64,000 bases of DNA, taken from Myxococcales bacterium (GTDB lineage Bacteria > Myxococcota_A > UBA9042 > JABWCM01 > BTVJ01). This document shows, one piece after another, positions 57,811-64,000 of the stretch. Numbering within the stretch: position 1 is the stretch's first letter; each line of letters starts with the position of its first letter. Below the pieces are notes generated by a model, which saw only the letters and a list, made by a program, of their open reading frames with translations, had not been told where the DNA came from and did not search any database. The position numbers were made by a program, and so were the translations under genes. The stretch lies in assembly GCA_045863395.1 (NCBI GenBank), contig BTVJ01000015.1, forward strand, positions 1 to 64,000, in the 5' to 3' direction.

Positions 57811-59184
57811 TCACTCCACGGGCAGGCGCCAGCCGGCGCCCAGGTGCTCGTCCAGCCGCTTCAGCTCCGCCGCCACCTCGGGATCGTCCACGTTCGCGTC
57901 CGCTGGCTCGACTCGCGGCGGGTCGTGCCGCAGCACCACCGGCGTCCAGCCGAGCCCGGTCACGTCGCCGTCAAGGCTCACCTTGCCGATGACGCCCGTC
58001 TCCACCTCGATGCGGTCCGGCACGTCGTTTGTGAAGTTGCCGAGGCTGTAGAGCACGGCCGCGCGCCGCTTCCGCCCGTCGGCGCTGCGCACGCTGCACG
58101 TCCCGATGCCGGGCACCTTCTCTGGGTGGTTCACCCAGCAGAGCTCCGCCGGCTGCACCACGTGGGGGCCCTGCGCGGCGATGACGTCCGCCCCGAACGA
58201 GACCATCTGCCGCGCCATCTGCAGGAAGCGCGGGTCGGGGTACCACTCGAACTCGTAGCCCCAGTGCAGCAGGACCACCACGTAGTCCGCCCCTGCCCGC
58301 GCCTCCCCCACCTCGGCTTCGATTCGCGACAGGTCCACCTCCCCCTTGTGTCCGAACGGCACGACGAACAGGTCGTGGGCCGTCTCGTAGTCGCGCCGGT
58401 TGACGCCCCAGGTGTAGGACAGGACCGCGACCTGCTTGCCCTTCACGTCCAGCGTGGCGTGCCCGTTGAGCCCCGTGGTCCGGTAGCCCCGCGCCTCCGC
58501 CTGCTCCTTGGTCGACAGGGCGCCGTCGTCGTCGGCGTCCAGCGTGTGGTTGTTGTTGAGCTGGAGCAGGTCGAACGGCAGGTTGTCGAGCATCTCCGGA
58601 GGCGCGTTGAAGCGGATGGGCACGCCGCCCTTGCCCGGGGGCTTCAGCGCCGACACCGCCGTCTCCAGGTTGCCGATGCGCAGGTCCGCCCGCGTCACCG
58701 GCTCCGCCCCCTTGGCGAAGTCGGACCAGTTTCCGCCCAGGTACAGGATGTCCCCCGAGAAGGACAGGACGATGCCCCCGCCCAGCGGGGGGATCTCCCC
58801 GCCCGCCTGCGTGAAGTGCGCCACGAGGTCGGGTGACGCGGTCGTGTAGTGCTTCTGGAGCTTCTCGAAGTAGTCGAGCACGATGGGGTCTTCCAGGCCC
58901 CAGTCCTCGGTCTCCCACCGAGCATCGGCATAGGGCGGCTTGTCTGGGTCGGGCGCGGCGACCCAGGGGAAGACCGTGGTCGGGTCGGGCCAGGCAGCGT
59001 AGGGGTCCGCGGCGTCCGAGGTGCCTGAGGCATCCGAGGCATCCGCTGCGTCCCCGGCCGCCACGACGTCCACCGTACCCAGGCCGTCGCCGACGGATGC
59101 CACGTCGGCTCCACCCGACGAACCTCCATCACACCCGCCGAGGCCGACCGCGAGCACCACACCGAAGGCTCGTCTCCGGTTCAT
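57811..59184 (-). CDS. CapA-family metallophosphatase lipoprotein
   Basis: GD, GNLE, NNHTLD, HWGYE, PHVVQ and YSLGNF. Lipobox LGGC. Confidence 0.88.
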   Translation of the reverse strand: MNRRRAFGVVLAVGLGGCDGGSSGGADVASVGDGLGTVDVVAAGDAADASDASGTSDAADPYAAWPDPTTVFPWVAAPDPDKPPYADARWETEDWGLEDPIVLDYFEKLQKHYTTASPDLVAHFTQAGGEIPPLGGGIVLSFSGDILYLGGNWSDFAKGAEPVTRADLRIGNLETAVSALKPPGKGGVPIRFNAPPEMLDNLPFDLLQLNNNHTLDADDDGALSTKEQAEARGYRTTGLNGHATLDVKGKQVAVLSYTWGVNRRDYETAHDLFVVPFGHKGEVDLSRIEAEVGEARAGADYVVVLLHWGYEFEWYPDPRFLQMARQMVSFGADVIAAQGPHVVQPAELCWVNHPEKVPGIGTCSVRSADGRKRRAAVLYSLGNFTNDVPDRIEVETGVIGKVSLDGDVTGLGWTPVVLRHDPPRVEPADANVDDPEVAAELKRLDEHLGAGWRLPVE

Positions 59185-59270
59185 GAGGACCCTCCTGGTC
59201 ACGCTGGATGCTGCACCGAGGGGCACCGTGGATCAACGGCGGCACAGACCTGGTGGTGTCTGCGAACCCG

Positions 59271-59714
59271 TCACGGCGTGGCCCCGGGCTTCCACCCGGG
59301 TGACGCCAGCTCGAAGCCCGCGAACTCGAAGGCTGGCGATACTGTGCAGCCCACGAGGGTCCAGGCCCCCAGGCTCGCGGCCGCCTGCCACGCCCCGGCA
59401 GGGACCACGTGCTGCGGCCTCTCCCCGGAGTTCAGGTCGCCCCCCAGCACCGCGACCCGCTCCGCCACCCCGTCCGCGCTGACCCGCAGCTCCAAAGGGG
59501 CCCCAGCGTACCAGTGCCACACCTCGGCGGCGTCCACCCGGTGCCAGTGGGAGCGCTCGCCGGCCGCCAGCAGGAAGTAGATGGCCGTGCCCGCGCCCCG
59601 CCCCCCAGCAGGGTCGACGGCGCGCCAGGTCTCGACGAAGTGGCCCCCCTCGGGGTGGGGCTGAAGCCCGAGCAGGGCGATCACCTCGTCAGCGGTCTGG
59701 GAGTCGACGATCAT
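59271..59714 (-). CDS. Cupin (DUF985/Cupin_5) protein
   Basis: LQPHPEGG, TAIYFLL, SHWHRV and VSPAFEF. Confidence 0.92.
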   Translation of the reverse strand: MIVDSQTADEVIALLGLQPHPEGGHFVETWRAVDPAGGRGAGTAIYFLLAAGERSHWHRVDAAEVWHWYAGAPLELRVSADGVAERVAVLGGDLNSGERPQHVVPAGAWQAAASLGAWTLVGCTVSPAFEFAGFELASPGWKPGATP

Positions 59715-62204
59715 TCACGCCTCGACGTCCGCCGGCGTCGGCACCAGGGTCAGGCGCACCCCCTCCACGTTGGCCTCCACCTCGCCCACGCCAAACCCGA
59801 TGGCATCTGCGCGCACGGCGGCCTGGAGCTCCGTCAGGATCGGCGCGATCTGCTCCCGCCAGTCGGCAGGCGCGTCGATGATCAGGGACTCGAGGCGCCG
59901 GCTGTTGGCGAGGCGCAGGGTCGTCCGCTGGTGCCGCACGGCGCCGAGCAGGTCGATCAGGCGGTCGCCCGCCTCGACCGGCTGCAACGAAGCCGCGTCC
60001 ACGCTCGGCCACGCCGTGACGTGCAGGCTCTTGACGCCCTCCACCCCGCGATAGATCCGCTGGTAGAGCGCCTCGGTAACGTGCGGCACGAAGGGCGCGT
60101 ACATCGCGAGCACGAGCCTCAGCGTCTTCACGAGCGTCACCTGGGCGGACAGGCGGTCCCGGTCCGTGTACGCGTCTCGCGTCCAGAACCGGTCCTTGAT
60201 CATCTCAAGCCAGTTGTCGCAGAAGTGGTGCCAGAAGAAGCGGTCGATGGCCTCCCGCGCCGTCCCGAACTCGTAGCGCTCCAGGGCGTCACCCACCTTC
60301 TGGAGCGTCGCGTTGGCGTGGTGCCACACCCACTGGTCGACGACGGTGCGCTCGCCGAGTGGCAGCTCCGTCGAAAAGTCGAAGCCCTCCAGGTACATGA
60401 GCCCGAAGCGGGACGCGTTCCACAGCTTCGTCAGGAGCCGCTTGCCCGCCTTGACGTCCCGCTCGTTGTAGCGCAGGTCGTACCCGAGCCCGGCCCCCGT
60501 CGCCCAATACCGGAGCGAGTCGGCGCCGTACTTCGTGATGACCTGGTAGGGGTCATAGCGGTTGTAGCCGTCCGCGTCCGTGGACTTCTGCAGGTCGCGC
60601 TTCGAGATCTTCTTGCCCTGCTCGTTGAGCCCCCACCCGCTGATCATCACGTCCCGCCAGGGCAGGCTGTCCGTGTGGAAGTGGCTCTTGACGACCGTGT
60701 AGAACAGCCAGGTGCGGATGATCTCGAAGGCCTGCACCCGCACGCTCATCGGGTAGAGCGCCCCCATGCGCGCGCCATCGTCCGCGGCCCACCCCGCGTT
60801 GATCAGCGGCGTGCCCGACGAGGTCATCCACGTGTCCATGACGTCCGTCTCGGGCCGGAAGGCCGTCCCGCCGCACGACGCGCACGACAGGACCGGAGGC
60901 GCGCTCTCCGTGGGATCGACAGGGAGGTCCGCCCTGTCGGCGAGCACGTGCTGGCCGCAGGTCGCGCAGAACCACACGGGGAACGGCACGCCGTAGAAGC
61001 GCTGCCGGCTGATGTTCCAGTCCCACTTCAGGCCGTTGACCCAGTCCCGGTAGCGCACCTGCATCCACTCGGGGAACCACCCGAGCGCCTCGCCCCGCGC
61101 CAGCAGGGCGTCCTTGTGCTCCAGCACCTTGATGAACCACTGGGGCACCACGGCGAACTCGATGGGGGTCGAGCACCGCTCGTGGATGCTGACGCTCTGG
61201 TCGATGGGCTTCTCCCCGCGCAGGTCGCCGGTCTCCGCCAGCCGCTCGACGATGCGCTTGCGCCCGACGATGAGGTCCAGCTCGGCGAACTCGCCCGCCA
61301 GCTCGTTGAGGCGCCCGCTCCGATCCATGACGATGCGCAGGTCCAGGCCGTCGCGGCGCCACTTGTCCACGTCCTCCACGTCGCCGAAGGTGCAGACCAT
61401 CATCAGGCCCGTCCCGAACGTCGGGTCCACCGACGGGTCCGTCTTGATGGGCACCCGGTGGCCGAACACCGGCACCACGGCCTCCGCCCCAACCAGGTGC
61501 TGGTAGCGGGCGTCCTCGGGGTGGAAGTACATGGCGACACAGGCGGGGATCAGCTCCGGCCGCGTCGTGGAGATCACGAGGTCGCTGCCGTCCGCCGCGT
61601 GGAACGCGACGTCCCAGATCCTACCCTTGCGGTCGAGGCTCTCCAGGTCCGCCTGGGCCAGCGACGTGCGGCAGTGAGTACACCACAGGATGGGATCGTT
61701 GCGGCGCTCGATGAGCCCCCGCTCCAGGAGCTCGATGAAGCTCCGCTGGGACGTGTGCTGGCACCGGGGGTCGATGGTCGAGTACGTCTCGCTCCAGTCC
61801 ACGCTGAGCCCGAGGGACTGCCACAGCTCCTTGTAGACCTGGGCGCCGGCGCGGGTCTCCTGCAGGCACAGCGCGATGAACTCGCTCCTGGTCATGGAGC
61901 CGTGCTTGATGTCGTACTTCTGCTCGACGTAGCGCTCGGTGGGCAGGCCGTTGTCGTCGAAGCCCATGGGGTAGTAGACCCGGTGGCCCTTCATGCGCTT
62001 GTACCGGACCACGAACTCCGCCTGGGCGTAGCTCATGGCGTGGCCCACGTGCAGGTGCGCCGCCGACACATAGGGAGGCGGCGTGTCCACGCTGAACACC
62101 GGGCCGTCCCCATCCGGGTCCCAGCGGTAGACCTGCTCGCGCTCCCACAGCTCGTGGCACTCGCGCTCGATCTGCGCGATGTCGTAGTCCTTGTCCAGCT
62201 CCAT
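59715..62204 (-). CDS. valS: Valine--tRNA ligase, short (archaeal-like) type
   Basis: DTPPPY, HVGH, GFDDNGLPTE, DWNISRQR, DVMDTW and KISKR at the KMSKS position. Confidence 0.93.
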   Translation of the reverse strand: MELDKDYDIAQIERECHELWEREQVYRWDPDGDGPVFSVDTPPPYVSAAHLHVGHAMSYAQAEFVVRYKRMKGHRVYYPMGFDDNGLPTERYVEQKYDIKHGSMTRSEFIALCLQETRAGAQVYKELWQSLGLSVDWSETYSTIDPRCQHTSQRSFIELLERGLIERRNDPILWCTHCRTSLAQADLESLDRKGRIWDVAFHAADGSDLVISTTRPELIPACVAMYFHPEDARYQHLVGAEAVVPVFGHRVPIKTDPSVDPTFGTGLMMVCTFGDVEDVDKWRRDGLDLRIVMDRSGRLNELAGEFAELDLIVGRKRIVERLAETGDLRGEKPIDQSVSIHERCSTPIEFAVVPQWFIKVLEHKDALLARGEALGWFPEWMQVRYRDWVNGLKWDWNISRQRFYGVPFPVWFCATCGQHVLADRADLPVDPTESAPPVLSCASCGGTAFRPETDVMDTWMTSSGTPLINAGWAADDGARMGALYPMSVRVQAFEIIRTWLFYTVVKSHFHTDSLPWRDVMISGWGLNEQGKKISKRDLQKSTDADGYNRYDPYQVITKYGADSLRYWATGAGLGYDLRYNERDVKAGKRLLTKLWNASRFGLMYLEGFDFSTELPLGERTVVDQWVWHHANATLQKVGDALERYEFGTAREAIDRFFWHHFCDNWLEMIKDRFWTRDAYTDRDRLSAQVTLVKTLRLVLAMYAPFVPHVTEALYQRIYRGVEGVKSLHVTAWPSVDAASLQPVEAGDRLIDLLGAVRHQRTTLRLANSRRLESLIIDAPADWREQIAPILTELQAAVRADAIGFGVGEVEANVEGVRLTLVPTPADVEA

Positions 62205-62235
62205 GCGGCTCCCTCGACGTGTGCGGCCTCCCGCG

Positions 62236-62265
62236 CTTTTACGGGGCGCGGGCCGGCGGTGTCAA
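62236..62265 (-). promoter_or_regulatory. Putative sigma-70 promoter of valS
   Basis: Minus strand TTGACA-N18-TAAAAG. Confidence 0.45.
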
Positions 62266-62363
62266 GGGCAGGGAGAGGCCCGCTGGGAGCAGGGTCAGGG
62301 ACGCGGAGACTCCGGGTCGTGCAGCGAGGGCGCACCTGCGGGCCCCCAGCCAGGCGCGGGGGA

Positions 62364-64000
62364 TCAGGGCTCGTGCTTCAGGCCGTGCCCCCCGTGACAG
62401 GACTGCTCCTTGGCGTCATGCAGCCCTCTCTCGACGAGCGCCCGAGTCGCGGGAATGGGCTTGCGGTTGTCGCCCTTGGAGCCCGGCTTGGGGGCGGGCG
62501 GCAGCGGCGGCACCTTCACGCCATCGAGGGGCGGCTTCCACCCGCCGCCGTCCACGTCCACGAAGAGGGGATTCGTGAACGCGAGGGCCCGCGCGGCATC
62601 CATCACGATGGGCCGCACGTCCCCCGAGGCTGCCTTGTTGCCGGTCGCCAGGACCACGTACCAGGCGTCCTCCCCGGGCTCCAGATCGAAGACCACGGTC
62701 TTGACGTAGCGGGCCCCCGGCGCGCCGCCCTCCACGGCGGGCATCAGGTCCGCCTCCGTCATCTCCACGTCCTGCGAGAAGGCGACCGGAGGCTTGGTCT
62801 CGACGAGCTGCCCCGGCGGCGTCACGATGGACGTCGCGTTGCTGAACACCTCCACCTTGTCGACGGTGTACCAGCGCGGCGTCTGGATGTTGACGACGAG
62901 CTGCATCGCCTTGCCCGAGAGGGCCAGCGTCTCGCCGACCTCCGCCTCGTCCCCGGTCGCCGGGTCCACGAGCCGCACGTCGAGCAGCGGCCCGTTCGAC
63001 CCCACGAGCCGCCCGGCGTTGACCGCCGCCGCGAACGCAGCCGCGTCCAGCGGCGCGATGGTGTCCTTCCCCTCCGGCATCCGCACGTACGAGCACGGGA
63101 CGCCGCCCGGGTCCTTGATCAGGCTGTGGGTGTCCGTCACCGCGGTGCCCGTCACGCGGAAGCCCCGGTTCAGGAAGGTCATCCACCAGTTTGTCGTGGA
63201 CCAGAGCTTGGTCACGCTGAAGCCGTTGTAGAGCTCCATCGCGGTGAACTTCTCGCTCCAGAGCTTTGTGTCCCCGGTCACCGGGTCCTTCTCGATGGGC
63301 GCCATGCGGAAGGCCTCGGGCTCCGCGAAGGTCATGCCGGTGGCGGCGTCCAGGTCCACAGCGAAGAAGTACCCGCTGTTCGGGTGGTTCACCTGGATGA
63401 CCTGCTCCCCGGGGAACGCGTGGAGCGCGTCGAAGATGGAGTCAGGCGTCAGGCAGGGCCCGTCGCCCCCGGCCCAGTCCACGGCGCCGCCATTGCGCGC
63501 CTCCAGGTCCGCGACGAGGGGGAACGAGTTGTAGTGCCCATAGTCGAAGGTGGTCAGCTCCACCCCGACGATGCTCGCGAGCCAGCCCTCGCCGCCGAGC
63601 TCCGCGATCACGGGCGCGTAGTCCGTGACGAAGTCGTGGTCCGTGGATACGAGGACGTCGGTCGCCTCCGCCATGAAGCTCGCCACCCGGCTCCGGTTGC
63701 CCACCGGCGCGTCCGGCGAGTTGACCGCGTGGACGTGGAGGTCGCCGGACAACCAGCCCGCCGTGTCCAGCGCCTTCGCCACGACGGGGAACAGCTCGAC
63801 CGTCTGGCCCGGCTCCACCGTGATCGCGTGCCCGGGGTTCTTGGCGACGTCGTAGTCCTCAGGCCAGAGCGTATGGGTCGTCCCCCGGGAGACCACCACC
63901 CGGTACTTCCCCGGCGGCAGCGGGATGGTCGCCTCGCCGGAGACCCCCACCCGCTCCACGGCGCCCTGGTGGTTGAAGTCGTAGGTCACGTCCCGGTTCT
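62364..64000 (-). CDS. CehA/McbA-like PHP metallohydrolase (5'-partial)
   Basis: GDLHVH, STDHD, GVE, GHYN, NHP, TDTH and AFTNP. Frame is open to the window end. Confidence 0.85.
   Translation of the reverse strand, partial: NRDVTYDFNHQGAVERVGVSGEATIPLPPGKYRVVVSRGTTHTLWPEDYDVAKNPGHAITVEPGQTVELFPVVAKALDTAGWLSGDLHVHAVNSPDAPVGNRSRVASFMAEATDVLVSTDHDFVTDYAPVIAELGGEGWLASIVGVELTTFDYGHYNSFPLVADLEARNGGAVDWAGGDGPCLTPDSIFDALHAFPGEQVIQVNHPNSGYFFAVDLDAATGMTFAEPEAFRMAPIEKDPVTGDTKLWSEKFTAMELYNGFSVTKLWSTTNWWMTFLNRGFRVTGTAVTDTHSLIKDPGGVPCSYVRMPEGKDTIAPLDAAAFAAAVNAGRLVGSNGPLLDVRLVDPATGDEAEVGETLALSGKAMQLVVNIQTPRWYTVDKVEVFSNATSIVTPPGQLVETKPPVAFSQDVEMTEADLMPAVEGGAPGARYVKTVVFDLEPGEDAWYVVLATGNKAASGDVRPIVMDAARALAFTNPLFVDVDGGGWKPPLDGVKVPPLPPAPKPGSKGDNRKPIPATRALVERGLHDAKEQSCHGGHGLKHEP

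Noticed and set aside
57811..59184. CapA gene as evidence of a poly-gamma-glutamate capsule
   Set aside because: No capB or capC nearby, and standalone CapA-family proteins are common.
59712..59717. valS TGA directly followed in frame by the cupin ATG as readthrough
   Set aside because: Both proteins are complete, so ordinary translational coupling explains it.

Overview
GC-rich (about 70%) bacterial chromosome segment. The many Cys-rich and acidic-linker lipoproteins, FHA/PP2C/HDOD signalling genes, an AgmX/PglI-type domain and sigma-54 promoters point to Myxococcota or a related deltaproteobacterium (inference). About 45 CDS are supportable. Housekeeping genes include thyX, slyD, an asparaginase, cysK, tldD/pmbA, an SLT transglycosylase and a short valS. 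There is also a selenium-dependent molybdenum hydroxylase operon (FAD subunit, xdhD-like, amidohydrolase, mocA-like, yqeB, yqeC) and a DUF362/polyferredoxin cluster. The most promising system is at 6.9-12.4 kb: three tandem HxsC-like radical SAM genes divergent from hxsD, an hxsD-like gene and a Tat-exported orphan. This resembles a His-Xaa-Ser RiPP-type locus but has no visible HxsA precursor or HxsB. The second best is an unannotated rod-like hairpin of about 160-265 nt at 44.2-44.4 kb whose non-canonical pairs are strongly biased to G-U on the + strand. No rRNA, tRNA, CRISPR array or transposase was recognised. All family assignments are motif recognition by eye, not database searches.
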